Shown: positions 18,768 to 28,913 of the stretch, piece by piece
How the letters are laid out: each line of letters opens with the position of its first letter
Position numbering within the stretch: position 1 is the stretch's first letter
DNA from: an uncultured Candidatus Saccharibacteria bacterium
Lineage (GTDB): Bacteria; Patescibacteriota; WWE3; CAZQFB01
Direction of reading: 5' to 3'
Assembly (NCBI GenBank): GCA_964592525.1
Contig: CAZQFB010000001.1
Span: 279,299-343,298 of the forward strand
Length of the DNA: 64,000 nt
Program-made: the position numbers and the translations under genes
The notes under the pieces: model-generated
What the model was told of the DNA's origin: nothing
The model's database searches: none
Seen by the model: the letters and a program-made list of their open reading frames with translations, nothing else

Positions 18768-20057
18768 ATGCGTGATTCTCAATTAGTAGCCACAAATACT
18801 TTCTACCAAGTACTTGGTAAGGTGATCACGATGTCAGTCACTCTGTTGGTGACAGCTTTGGTGACGAGAGATCTTGGTGAGGCTAGCTATGGTCAATTCA
18901 CCTTGATTATGGGTTTTGCTGCCTTTTTTTATATTATTTCTGATTTTGGGTCGAATGCTGTGGTGCTAAAATCTTACACCGAGAGCCCCCAAAATATCTT
19001 GAGTGAGCTAAGCACCTTACTTATCTTAAGAATTATCTGGTCTTTGTTTTTGATCATCGTGGGGTTGAGTCTACTTTTTGTGGTGCCTTATGCGCCTTTA
19101 GTTAAACTTGGTATTTTACTGTCGTTGCTGACGATTTACACGCAAGCACTTTATACCTCATTCAATTCAATTTTTCAGTATAAACTTCAGTACCAGCGTT
19201 CAACGCTTGCCTTGAGTGTTGCCAGTTTAATCCTTTTGGCTTGGGTGGTGCTAGTGAAAGAGTTAAATCTTGAGAATCGCCTTCTCTGGTATGTGGGGGG
19301 TTATGTGACACACGGCATTATTCTAGTTGTGTCTTCGTTATATTTAGCTGGAAAAATAATTGCTCTTAAACAAATCAACAGACCGAATTGCCAAAGTGTG
19401 CGTAAGCTATTTAGGGCTTCGTTGCCTCTTGGTTTGATGCTTATTTTTGCCCAGATTCATGGTAAAGCGGATATATTTCTGCTTTCAGTTTTGCCTTTGC
19501 CCGAAGCGATAGGACTTAGTTCTGATGAAACATTGGGTATCTACGGACTCGGGTATAAGATTTTTGAGGTGGTTTTAGTAATAGCGACTTTTTTGATGAA
19601 TGCGGTTTATCCTCTCATGCTTATGCGCTTGAACAGTAGTTGGTCGGCTCTCCAAGTCATGTATCGCAAAGTGGTTTATCTTTTATTAATGCTTGGTGTT
19701 GTCGGTATGACTTTGTTGTTAGTGACGGCACCTCTTTTAGTAAGAATTGTTGCTGGTCAAGGGTTTTCTGAGGCGGTGCTGACTTTGCGATTGTTGAGTC
19801 TGGGGTTGCCGGCATTTTTTGTATCTTCAGCTTTTCAATGGTATCTAGTTACCACCAACCAGCAAAAGGTGTTGCCGGTTATTTACCTGATGGGTGCTTT
19901 GGTGACGGTTGTTTTAAACTTAATCTTCATCCCTCAATATTCCTATCTGGCAGCTGCTGTTATCACTTGGGGGGTAGAATACTTAATTTTGCTGCTGATG
20001 GTGGTTTGGGTTGTCTTAATTAGACGTGAGAAAATAGCCCTCAAGGTTTATGACTAG
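18768..20057 (+). CDS. MOP-superfamily oligosaccharide/polysaccharide flippase (Wzx/MurJ-like)
   Basis: about 12 predicted TM helices, Polysacc_synt-like N-terminus; heads a glycosyltransferase cluster. Confidence 0.55.
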   Translation: MRDSQLVATNTFYQVLGKVITMSVTLLVTALVTRDLGEASYGQFTLIMGFAAFFYIISDFGSNAVVLKSYTESPQNILSELSTLLILRIIWSLFLIIVGLSLLFVVPYAPLVKLGILLSLLTIYTQALYTSFNSIFQYKLQYQRSTLALSVASLILLAWVVLVKELNLENRLLWYVGGYVTHGIILVVSSLYLAGKIIALKQINRPNCQSVRKLFRASLPLGLMLIFAQIHGKADIFLLSVLPLPEAIGLSSDETLGIYGLGYKIFEVVLVIATFLMNAVYPLMLMRLNSSWSALQVMYRKVVYLLLMLGVVGMTLLLVTAPLLVRIVAGQGFSEAVLTLRLLSLGLPAFFVSSAFQWYLVTTNQQKVLPVIYLMGALVTVVLNLIFIPQYSYLAAAVITWGVEYLILLLMVVWVVLIRREKIALKVYD

Positions 20058-20919
20058 TCAAAAATGTGCAATTATTGTTCTTCACCCTGCAGCCAAAGAT
20101 CAGCGACAAAAAGACATTAATTATCAATATACGGCAAATTGTATCCAGTCGCTCTGTCAGTTTGAACCGGAAGTACCCGTGCTTATTGTTGATAATGGCT
20201 CACACGATTTACGGCTAGAAAACATCTGCCACCAGGTTGGTGGTGCTGTTGTGAGTTTAGAGGTACCACTAAGCTTTGCGGGGGCTAATAACTTTGGTTT
20301 TAGTCAGCTCAAGGATGCACAAGCGGTGTTGTTTTTGAACAATGATGTGTTACTGGTGGAAGCGTTGGTGGCTAAAATGCTGGTGGTTTTAACCAACCCA
20401 ACTGTTGGTATTGTGGGTCCGTTGACCAAAAACAGGTTGGGGCAAATTAATTATGCTGGGGGTTCCTTTAAGCGGGTAGTGGCGCGACCTAAAGAACTAA
20501 GCCAACCTGTGCTGTCTGTGCCTTATGCGGTTGATTATGTTTCCGGTTGTGCCTTGATGATTAGAGCCTCTTTATTTAGCTGTTTAGCTGGTTTTGACCC
20601 CTATTATTCTTTTGGTATGGAAGACGTTGATTTATGTAGAAGGGCAGCTGCTTTAAATTATGCGAGTATTATTGCTCCCACTATCTCGGTTATTCATTTG
20701 GGTGGTGGCGCCAGTGGTGGGTCAACGACGCCTTTAGTGATTGGGCAAATGCTCTCTGGTAACCTCTATTTAATAAAGAAACACTATTCCCGGTTGAACA
20801 GAATAATCCCTTATTTGTATTTAGTTTTTTTGACTATAAAAATAGGCTTAAAATCGGTTCAAGAGAAAAGATTGCGCACCATTTTACCCGTGCTCCGGGA
20901 GGCTTGGCAGGATAGATGA
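20050..20919 (+). CDS. family 2 glycosyltransferase
   Basis: LIVDNGSHD, NND, GCALMIR, EDVDLC motifs of GT-A/GT2 fold. Confidence 0.75.
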   Translation: MTSQKCAIIVLHPAAKDQRQKDINYQYTANCIQSLCQFEPEVPVLIVDNGSHDLRLENICHQVGGAVVSLEVPLSFAGANNFGFSQLKDAQAVLFLNNDVLLVEALVAKMLVVLTNPTVGIVGPLTKNRLGQINYAGGSFKRVVARPKELSQPVLSVPYAVDYVSGCALMIRASLFSCLAGFDPYYSFGMEDVDLCRRAAALNYASIIAPTISVIHLGGGASGGSTTPLVIGQMLSGNLYLIKKHYSRLNRIIPYLYLVFLTIKIGLKSVQEKRLRTILPVLREAWQDR

Positions 20920-21995
20920 AGATTCGGGCAGTCGTGATTGATGCCAGACCGTTAGAAGCACAGCCTACTGGTGTTGGGATTTATGTGCGGGGATTACTGC
21001 AAGGTTTTGAGGAAACGGTTTTACCTTTTGATATTATCTTATTCACTAAAACTCCTCTAGTTAAATCGTTTCATAACAAAAGGGTGAAAAACAAAGTACT
21101 TTCTGTGCCAGGTCCTTTTTGGCACTTAGCGGTGGTGTGGTACCTTCTGATTAACCGCGACTATCTTTTTCACGCTACGCATAGCTTGTTCATACCGATT
21201 ATCCTAGGTCAAAGAGCTGTTTTAACGGTTCACGATTTATCGGCTGTACTCCATCCCGAGTGGCATACATTGAAAGTTGTCATAATCAGCAAACTGTTTT
21301 TTTCTTGGTCGGTTAACAGAGCAGGCAAAGTGGTTTGTGATTCTCAAGCTACGTATCGAGAATTAATTCATTATTATCCTAAGCTTGTCCCCAAAGTGTC
21401 TGTGCTGTTTTTAGGAGTAGCGGTACCAGTATTACCGCTCTCTGGTCGACCCAAAAATTATGTGTTGTATCTTGGGACTTTAGAACCCAGAAAAAATTTA
21501 GAGATGTTACTGCGTGCCTATAAATTAGTCTTTGAGCGCTTGGGCAAAAAGACGCCAAAGTTACTGTTAGTGGGGGTTAAAGGATGGAGTATGGAGCATT
21601 TTCCCACTTTAATAACCTCTTTAGGTTTAGATAGTAAAGTTACCTGCCGAGGATATGTTAGCGAAGAAGAGAAGTGGTTATTGTTAAGTCAAGCCCGGTT
21701 ATTTGTTTATCCTTCCTGGTATGAGGGGTTTGGACTGCCGGTGTTGGAAGCTTTGGCAGTAGGTGTTCCGTCCATCGTTTCCGCGATACCTAGCTTGAGA
21801 GAAGTCGCTGGTGAAAATGCTTGGTATGTTTCACCGGCAGCCGAGGAAGATTGGGCTAGAATTTTAATTAAGTTGATTAAACAACCCGAGCTAGCCAGGC
21901 AATATTCAAAGTTAGGAGTATTATGGACTAAGCAATTTAGTTGGCAAGAGACGGCCAACAATACAATTAAGATGTATGAGCAAATCAATCACTAA
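20916..21995 (+). CDS. family 4 (GT-B) glycosyltransferase
   Basis: YEGFGLPVLEALAVGVPSIVS motif (EX7E) typical of GT4. Confidence 0.85.
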   Translation: MKIRAVVIDARPLEAQPTGVGIYVRGLLQGFEETVLPFDIILFTKTPLVKSFHNKRVKNKVLSVPGPFWHLAVVWYLLINRDYLFHATHSLFIPIILGQRAVLTVHDLSAVLHPEWHTLKVVIISKLFFSWSVNRAGKVVCDSQATYRELIHYYPKLVPKVSVLFLGVAVPVLPLSGRPKNYVLYLGTLEPRKNLEMLLRAYKLVFERLGKKTPKLLLVGVKGWSMEHFPTLITSLGLDSKVTCRGYVSEEEKWLLLSQARLFVYPSWYEGFGLPVLEALAVGVPSIVSAIPSLREVAGENAWYVSPAAEEDWARILIKLIKQPELARQYSKLGVLWTKQFSWQETANNTIKMYEQINH

Positions 21996-23232
21996 GTATC
22001 TGATCTATTCTATTTGGGGGGCGGCTTTATTAGGTCAGTTGGGTCGTCTACCACTGGGCAATCAATATATTAATGTCTATTTGACTGAAGTCTTAGTGGC
22101 AATATTGATACTGACTTTTCTGCTCACTCTGCCCTTGTCCAGAGCGTTAAAGATTAGGCTGCCCCAGTCGTACCAGTTTTTATTTGTTTTTATGAGTTTA
22201 GCTTTTTTTTCGCTATTGGTTAGTAGTGCAACTTTATCTCTAAAGCAGACTCTTGCCAGTGCTTTATATCTGTTTCGTTTTGTGGCTTATGTGGGGCTTG
22301 GCTTGATCACCTATAATCTTGTCAGCAGTGAGCCGGCCAAAAAACAAGGTTTACGGCTTTTGGAAATGACGCGTTTTGTGGTGGTGATCAGTTTATTGCT
22401 TGGCTTGATTGGGTTAGTGCAACTTGTTGTACTACCAGATTTTACTAATTTAGACCCCGCTTGGGGTTGGGATCCGCACCAAAACCGCTTGGCGGCAACT
22501 TTTTTGGACCCCAACTTTTTAGGTGCTTTTTTAGTGATTGGTTTTGGTTTGACTTTTAGTTATCTGATTTCAGGTTGGTCTTTGTTTTCCAGAAAAGTAG
22601 ATGGTCTTATCTGCATAATATTAAGTGTTTTTGTTGTACTTACTTTCTCAAGAAGTGCGTATCTGATGGTGGCTGTGGTAGTCGGATTACTTGGCATTTT
22701 AAAAACTTGGAAGATGCTACCTTTAGCGGTTGGGGTGTTTTTGCTAGCGTACCTAATGGTGCCAAGGGTGCAGACGAGAATTGCTGGGGGGGTTGATCCT
22801 GATGATTCAGCTCGGGCGCGTATCGTATCATGGTCACGCACGATTGCGGTGATCAAGAACCACCCTTTAACTGGGGTTGGTTTTAACTCCTTACGTTATG
22901 AAAATGCCAAAAGAGGCTATTTTGATAAAAGTAATCCTTGGGGAGGAAGGTCTGGTTCGGGGTCAGACAGTGGTCTTTTATTTGTGTGGGCAACTACGGG
23001 TTTAGGTGGGGTGTTGGCCTTTGCTCTTTTTCTAGCTCATGGGATCTTTTTAAGTTTTCAGAGTTATTGGCGTCACCGAGCATCAATTGAGGGGGTGTTT
23101 TTTTTAGGTAGTGGGGTTTGTTTACTGGCTTTGCTAGTGCAATCAAATTTTATTAATTCACTTTTTTATCCTTGGTTGATGATCTGGTATCTTCCATTTA
23201 TGGCTTTGGTGTCTTGTGATGTTCAAGAGTAG
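21976..23232 (+). CDS. polytopic membrane protein, O-antigen ligase/polymerase (Wzy_C)-like
   Basis: multi-TM with central extracytoplasmic loop (SRSAYL..., ...HPLTGVGFNS); follows glycosyltransferases. Confidence 0.5.
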   Translation: MSKSITKYLIYSIWGAALLGQLGRLPLGNQYINVYLTEVLVAILILTFLLTLPLSRALKIRLPQSYQFLFVFMSLAFFSLLVSSATLSLKQTLASALYLFRFVAYVGLGLITYNLVSSEPAKKQGLRLLEMTRFVVVISLLLGLIGLVQLVVLPDFTNLDPAWGWDPHQNRLAATFLDPNFLGAFLVIGFGLTFSYLISGWSLFSRKVDGLICIILSVFVVLTFSRSAYLMVAVVVGLLGILKTWKMLPLAVGVFLLAYLMVPRVQTRIAGGVDPDDSARARIVSWSRTIAVIKNHPLTGVGFNSLRYENAKRGYFDKSNPWGGRSGSGSDSGLLFVWATTGLGGVLAFALFLAHGIFLSFQSYWRHRASIEGVFFLGSGVCLLALLVQSNFINSLFYPWLMIWYLPFMALVSCDVQE

Positions 23233-24643
23233 TTACAGCTTAGCAATTGGGTTAGTGGTGGTTGGATCATTCTTATTATTTAGCGTGTTTTCGGTTTCAA
23301 ACCACTTAAATTATCGTAGTGCTGCTTTTGATTTAGGTATCTTTGATCAAGCGGTGTGGCAGTATGCTCAATTTAAATTGCCTTACTCCAGTTTAAAACA
23401 AAACCTGCTGTGGGCCGACCACTTTTCACCTTTGTTGGCAATATTCGCTCCGTTGTATTGGCTTTGGTCCAATCCGATTATGTTGTTAGTGGCACAAGCA
23501 GCGATCGTGTCGCTTTCTATTTTGCCCTTTTTCTGGCTTTGTCGCTGGTTACTGCCTTTATCTAATAAGTTGGGAGTTTTGGTTTACCCACCCTTGGTTC
23601 TAAGTTATGTTGGCTTTATTGGCATTCAACAGGCTATTGGCTTTGATTTTCATGAAACCACTATCTTGGTTTTACCTTTGATGTTCTTGTTCTATGCTTA
23701 CTTTACTGATAAGTCTAAGCTTTTCTGGGGTATGGTGGTGTTGGTTTTACTAGTTAAGGAAGAAACACCGTTATTACTTATCTTTCTTGCTTTTTATGAT
23801 CTACTCGTTAAAAGAAGAGTTCAGAGAGGGATTATTCTATTGAGTATTGCCTTAGTTTATTTTCTGTTCGTTTCTTTTGTAGTTATGCCTTGGCTAGGGA
23901 GTGCTATGCCGGCTGGTGGTTATATTGATGCCTATCAATTGGGTCGTACCCCGAGAGAAATGATGCAATTTACGCTTGCTCAACCGTTCGAGGTTAGTCA
24001 ATTGTTATTTAATGAGCCCATTAAAAGAGATACTTGGTGGGTATCGCTTGCCTCTTTTGGTTTTTTACCTTTAATGAGCGGTTTTTCTCTAGTCGCTTTA
24101 CCTGTATATTTGGCGAGATTTTTATCCGTTACTGAACTTAGGTGGGCTATGCAGTTTCACTACTGGGCACCGGTAGCACCACCTTTGGCAGTAGCAACGG
24201 TGCTGGGTATTTTAAGAATTTCGGGGTGGGTGGAAAGATGTCTGCACCTCAAAAAACAGTTAGCCAGTATTGGATTATCATTGGGGGTACTAGTTTGTTC
24301 GCTGTTAATTTGGTTTTATTACCGACCGTTTGTTGTGTCTTATAAACTGACACCAACCGAGTTGCGGGTAGTAGATGAAATTTCGGCTATATTGTCTCTA
24401 ATCCCTCCGGAAGCTTCGGTTAGTGCCCAATCACCTCTGGTACCACATTTGAGTCGGCGAATGGGGATCTACCTTTTCCCCAATTTTAGTCAACAAGCGG
24501 AATATGTTATCTTGTCGCTGGATCGAACCAGCTACCCCTTGCATTTTGATGAGTTGGAAGAAACCCTGGCACATTTAAAGAAAGACGTTAACCATAGTTT
24601 AATTGCCCACTATGGCAATACCTACCTATTTAAAAAACGCTAG
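23219..24643 (+). CDS. DUF2079-family integral membrane protein (putative GT-C type glycosyltransferase)
   Basis: AFDLGIFDQAVWQ and ADHFSPLLAIFAPLYWL blocks recalled from DUF2079; the track's 23216 start is GTG, the next codon 23219 is ATG. Confidence 0.5.
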   Translation: MFKSSYSLAIGLVVVGSFLLFSVFSVSNHLNYRSAAFDLGIFDQAVWQYAQFKLPYSSLKQNLLWADHFSPLLAIFAPLYWLWSNPIMLLVAQAAIVSLSILPFFWLCRWLLPLSNKLGVLVYPPLVLSYVGFIGIQQAIGFDFHETTILVLPLMFLFYAYFTDKSKLFWGMVVLVLLVKEETPLLLIFLAFYDLLVKRRVQRGIILLSIALVYFLFVSFVVMPWLGSAMPAGGYIDAYQLGRTPREMMQFTLAQPFEVSQLLFNEPIKRDTWWVSLASFGFLPLMSGFSLVALPVYLARFLSVTELRWAMQFHYWAPVAPPLAVATVLGILRISGWVERCLHLKKQLASIGLSLGVLVCSLLIWFYYRPFVVSYKLTPTELRVVDEISAILSLIPPEASVSAQSPLVPHLSRRMGIYLFPNFSQQAEYVILSLDRTSYPLHFDELEETLAHLKKDVNHSLIAHYGNTYLFKKR

Positions 24644-25425
24644 TCTTTTTCTTGATACGTGACATGGATGGTTTGACTCACCTCATTACCAGCTTCATCT
24701 ACTGCTTTAACGAGTATTTCATTTTCTCCATTCTTGTGGAGGGACAATTTAAGCACAAAGCTGCCATCACTTTTAACGATGGCTCGGTTATCATTAACAG
24801 TCAGTTCAACCTCGGTTGGTTCAACAGTGCCTTCAATAGTAATGGTTCTTTGCTCGTTACCGGAAAAAACAGTGCCTTCCTCTGGAGCATTAATAGTCAG
24901 AAGCGGATCATTTTCAATCCTAGCCACATTGAATACTGTTGATTTTTGGCTAACGTTACCTTGGGCGTCACTGGCCGTTGCATAAAATTTGTTATCTCCA
25001 GACTCGAGGGATAGGCCGATGAAGTTAAACTCGCCTTGGTTATTGGCAAAAGTTTTTTCTGTTTCTGCTTCGTTGTGATATAAAAAAACCTCACTTTGTG
25101 GTTCGGCGCTACCGGAAAGATTAATTTGTGAATCATTAGTTGCTCTCGGTGGCTCGGTAAATTGAGGTGCTGTGGGTGGTATTAAATCTTCGCCGGAAGG
25201 GGTAATTGGGGTGCTGACTTCTCGACCAAGAAGTCGCCAAAAGGTGTCAATATTAGCTAACAGCGTGAGACCCCCAAACCATAAAACTGCCAAAATAGCC
25301 GTGCTACCTAAAACATAGAAAAGTAATTGTTTACGGTAGTAACGATCTTGTTTGAAACGGCTGTACGAGCGAGGAGTATAATACTTACCGCTTCCTTTTT
25401 TGGGTCTGGTAGAGTTAGGGATCAT
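24640..25425 (-). CDS. hypothetical membrane-anchored protein with Ig-like (Big-type) extracellular region
   Basis: basic N-terminus + TM, then beta-rich repeats (TVFNVARIE..., TIHVTYQ). Confidence 0.45.
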   Translation of the reverse strand: MIPNSTRPKKGSGKYYTPRSYSRFKQDRYYRKQLLFYVLGSTAILAVLWFGGLTLLANIDTFWRLLGREVSTPITPSGEDLIPPTAPQFTEPPRATNDSQINLSGSAEPQSEVFLYHNEAETEKTFANNQGEFNFIGLSLESGDNKFYATASDAQGNVSQKSTVFNVARIENDPLLTINAPEEGTVFSGNEQRTITIEGTVEPTEVELTVNDNRAIVKSDGSFVLKLSLHKNGENEILVKAVDEAGNEVSQTIHVTYQEKD

Positions 25426-25623
25426 ACTTGCATTATAGAATTTTTTAAGCTCAAGTCCAAATGGGGTGGGGGTTTTGATAAAATTACTTGGTGGCTAGGT
25501 TAGCTTGTGGGTCTTGACCTATTGTCAAGTAGGAAACCTCTGTTCCAAACAGCTCTTAGCCATGGTAGCTTTGTGGTACCTGCCTGCCGTTAGGCAGGGA
25601 GCAACCGCTTCGCCCTCCGTCAT

Positions 25624-25695
25624 GCCGAGATAGCTCAGTGGTAGAGCAACCGCTTCGTAAGCGGTAGGTCGTGAGTTCAACCCTCACTCTCGGCT
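25624..25695 (+). tRNA. tRNA-Thr (anticodon CGT)
   Basis: manual fold: acceptor GCCGAGA/TCTCGGC, anticodon arm ACCGC-TTCGTAA-GCGGT, T-arm GTGAGTTCAACCCTCAC. Confidence 0.8.
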
Positions 25696-25701
25696 CATAA
25701 A

Positions 25702-26457
25702 ATGTATCCTTCTGTAGTACCAGTTTGGAAAAGAGTTGGACAATCAACTCATCAACTAGCTATTCAATTAGCATCAAAGTACCGAGTAAAAGCGGCTCAT
25801 ACTGGTATTTTAGATCCTTTAGCGGAAGGAGTGGTGGTGGTTTTGTTAGGGGAAGAACGATTTTTAAAGGCTTACTATAAGAATTCGCGCAAGGTTTACG
25901 AAACGACTCTTTTACTAGGAGTGTCCACGGATACACATGACTTGTTAGGTATGGTGACTAAGTTTTATATGCGTCAGACCACTTGTGCTGAAATAGATTT
26001 GGCCTTTCAGCGTTTTCTGGGTGAGAGCATGCAGATTCCGCCAGCTTTTTCTGCCATTTCCGTGGCGGGTAAAAGGTTATTCCAACATTACCGAGAGGGT
26101 TCTTTTGAAAAATTAAGTATTGCTCCCCGAAAAGTACGTGTTGATTCTGTAGTGGTTCATGGTCTGGAAGGGATTTCTAAAGACGAGCTGATAGCTAGAG
26201 TGCGACAAACGGTTGTTAAGGTGAGCGGAGATTTCCGACAACCCCTGATTATGGAAAAATGGGAACAGGTTTTTAAACAATTACCAGACCAATTGTCTCT
26301 AGCTCATTTGACGGTGACTACTGGTCCTGGGGTTTATATTAGGGGTTTGGTTAGAGATGCAGGTAAATATCTCCAGCTTCCTTTAGTGGTTTATGCTTTA
26401 GTCCGAACTGAAAATGCCTCTTTTGTGAAACAGGATTGTATCGAGCTTGATTATTGA
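25702..26457 (+). CDS. truB: tRNA pseudouridine(55) synthase TruB
   Basis: HTGILDPLAEGVVVVLLGEE catalytic-Asp motif. Confidence 0.8.
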   Translation: MYPSVVPVWKRVGQSTHQLAIQLASKYRVKAAHTGILDPLAEGVVVVLLGEERFLKAYYKNSRKVYETTLLLGVSTDTHDLLGMVTKFYMRQTTCAEIDLAFQRFLGESMQIPPAFSAISVAGKRLFQHYREGSFEKLSIAPRKVRVDSVVVHGLEGISKDELIARVRQTVVKVSGDFRQPLIMEKWEQVFKQLPDQLSLAHLTVTTGPGVYIRGLVRDAGKYLQLPLVVYALVRTENASFVKQDCIELDY

Positions 26458-28064
26458 GTTAATTTATTTAGACCCTGTAGAGCCTTTTGATCTTGCGGGT
26501 TAAGTTCTAATGCCTTGCGGAAGGCTGTTTTAGCTTCTTCCAGTTTTCCTGTTTGCGCTAACATAATGCCATAATTAGTTAGTAGCACAGGGTTACTGGG
26601 GTTGATAGAGATAGCGGTGGCAATGGCATTTAATGCTTGCTCCCTATCGCCCAGCTCAAAATAAACAGTTGCTAGGTTTTGGTAGGATTGCCAAAGGGAT
26701 GGTTTCAAGCGCACGGCTGCTTGGTAAAAATTGACAGCTTCCGCCCGGTTTCCTAATTGATGTAAAGTATTAGCCAAATTGTGGTAGGCTTCGGCATAGT
26801 TAGGTTGGAGTTCAATGGCCTTTCGGAATTCTTGTGCTGCTTGGGGCAGGTCGCCGTGTCGAGAATAAACATCCCCAAGGTTATTTCGGGCATTGGGACT
26901 GTTTTGAGAGACTTTGGCGGTGGCTACCCATAAAGTATCCTCATTTTGCCAATCCTGGTTTCTCACTATGGTTCTCATCAGTAAAGCTAAAATTACTATC
27001 GTAGCTAGGGTGTAGATAATCTCGTTATTGTATTTGTCCAAACCCAATTTGGTTAACCAGGCAAGAACATAAACCAAACCGATTAGAGACAAGTAGACAT
27101 ACCTTTCGGCGACAATCCAGGATACACCAAATGGGGTTAGCGTGGGGAGTAAAGCGATAATAAACCAGCTAAAGCCAAAGAAAACGTGTTTGTTCTTTTT
27201 AAAGCCCAGTATTAATGTGGTTAAGAAAGTACCAGTTATTCCCGCTAAAAGCCAAAACTGACCCCACGTAAATTTTAGTTCGGATTGATAAAGAGTTAAT
27301 TTTTGTGGCCAGATGGCTAATTTGAGGTAGGAGGAAACGGCGACGGGGATTTGCACCAGGGGGTTGGATGGCCCCGGAGGTGTAGGGCTGGTGTTAACTA
27401 AAGCTAACCTCTCATCTAGCTGCTGGTATAGCTCTAAGGATTTTAGTGCGGAGATGACAAAATAGGGAGAGATGTAGGTCCAGTGATTTTTGAGATTGCC
27501 AAAAGACATTTCCGAGACAACTATGAGTAGCGGTAAAATAATAGCCTTTTCACTGGTGGTTAAGGCTAAGATGAAAGCGATAAGTGACCAGTACCAATAT
27601 TTTCGTTGTTGGTGGTTTAAAAAGTAGCGAAACAGTAAAAAACTAAGCAACAGAAAAAAAGAGTATTGAGTATAAATGCCCCCCGATATCCAGCTAACCG
27701 ATTCGGTGAGCAGTGGATGGGTGGCATAAACCAGACTACTAATGATAGCTGGTCGTTGTCCAAACACTTCTGCTAAGAAGCTATATAGTAATAAAACAAC
27801 ACCAGTATGAAAAAAGAGGTTAATAATTCGATAATGAGCTGGAGTGGCTTCAAACAGAATAGTGACTAGATTAAAAAGTGTTGTTCGGGCAAAAAATAGG
27901 GGCCTTTCCAAGATATATTCCCAAGTTCCCAGAAGCTCGTTTTTTGCAATGGTGGGAACATCATCAGAAACATAGGCATTGTCTAGCGAAGTATAATAGC
28001 TAAGCGCTACTATTAATATTAGTAAGAGAAGGTACCAGCGGTGAGTTTCCAGAAATGCTCTCAT
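26451..28064 (-). CDS. polytopic membrane protein with C-terminal TPR repeats (PMT/GT-C-like O-glycosyltransferase candidate)
   Basis: about 10 TM N-terminal domain then 5-6 TPR units (YAEAYHNLAN..., WQSYQNLATVY...). Confidence 0.5.
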   Translation of the reverse strand: MRAFLETHRWYLLLLILIVALSYYTSLDNAYVSDDVPTIAKNELLGTWEYILERPLFFARTTLFNLVTILFEATPAHYRIINLFFHTGVVLLLYSFLAEVFGQRPAIISSLVYATHPLLTESVSWISGGIYTQYSFFLLLSFLLFRYFLNHQQRKYWYWSLIAFILALTTSEKAIILPLLIVVSEMSFGNLKNHWTYISPYFVISALKSLELYQQLDERLALVNTSPTPPGPSNPLVQIPVAVSSYLKLAIWPQKLTLYQSELKFTWGQFWLLAGITGTFLTTLILGFKKNKHVFFGFSWFIIALLPTLTPFGVSWIVAERYVYLSLIGLVYVLAWLTKLGLDKYNNEIIYTLATIVILALLMRTIVRNQDWQNEDTLWVATAKVSQNSPNARNNLGDVYSRHGDLPQAAQEFRKAIELQPNYAEAYHNLANTLHQLGNRAEAVNFYQAAVRLKPSLWQSYQNLATVYFELGDREQALNAIATAISINPSNPVLLTNYGIMLAQTGKLEEAKTAFRKALELNPQDQKALQGLNKLTQ

Positions 28065-28131
28065 GAAAATATTCTAACTTATTTCATAAATAGTAGTTGA
28101 AAAAAGGTTGGTTGTCAGGCACACTTTCAGA

Positions 28132-28731
28132 ATGGCTTTCCATTACAACCTGATTGAAATAATACAAGCGGTAGGCTATCTGGGTTTAACCTTCATTGTC
28201 TTTGCCGAGTCGGGTTTGTTTTTTGGTTTTTTCCTGCCAGGGGATAGTTTACTGTTTACAGCGGGTTTTTTGGCGTCGCAGGGTTTTTTTAGTGTTTGGT
28301 GGTTGCTAATTATCTTAATGTTGGCAGCTATTGCTGGGGATAGTACGGGTTATTGGATGGGTAAAAAGTTTGGGGGCTGGTTAATGAAGCGTCCAGACAA
28401 TTTCTTCTTTCAGAAAAAATATATTTACCAAGCCGAAAATTTCTACGCTAAACACGGCGGCAAGGCTATTGTGTTAGCGCGCTTTGTTCCCGTGGTGCGT
28501 ACCTTTGTGCCGATCGTGGCCGGTATTGCTCGTATGGAATACTCCAAATTCGTGAGCTTTAATGTTTTTGGCGGTATCTTTTGGGTCGCTTTGATGGTTT
28601 TACTGGGTTATTTTCTAGGGAATGCTATTCCGAACGTGGATAAATATTTAATTCCCATTATTGGGGTAATTATCCTTCTATCTATACTACCCGGCTTATA
28701 CCACTTTTGGTTAGAGAAGCGTAAGGCTTGA
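28132..28731 (+). CDS. DedA/SNARE-associated family membrane protein
   Basis: ARFVPVVRTFVPIVAGIARMEYSKF motif; the track's 28108 start is TTG, ATG at 28132. Confidence 0.8.
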   Translation: MAFHYNLIEIIQAVGYLGLTFIVFAESGLFFGFFLPGDSLLFTAGFLASQGFFSVWWLLIILMLAAIAGDSTGYWMGKKFGGWLMKRPDNFFFQKKYIYQAENFYAKHGGKAIVLARFVPVVRTFVPIVAGIARMEYSKFVSFNVFGGIFWVALMVLLGYFLGNAIPNVDKYLIPIIGVIILLSILPGLYHFWLEKRKA

Positions 28732-28913
28732 ATTAACAGAACATTTAATTACCCATTACCAACTACAGGTTTGTTATTGCTGTGGGTTAAGCAGCGCTTT
28801 ATTTGCTCATATTACTATTAATATGCGTTTTCACGTCCCACTTGCAATAATACTATAAGTTTGGTATATAGAAGAGTAGTTTCGCAACTGAACAATTCAG
28901 AAAGGAGTTGGAC

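Noticed and set aside
25540-25623. Hairpin CCTGCC-GTTA-GGCAGG upstream of tRNA-Thr, considered as an SRP RNA or other ncRNA
   Set aside because: Only a short stem-loop with no recognisable ncRNA signature. Could be a processing element or terminator-like structure, but the evidence is too thin.
25556-25747. 63-aa minus-strand ORF
   Set aside because: Antisense to tRNA-Thr and the truB start; spurious.
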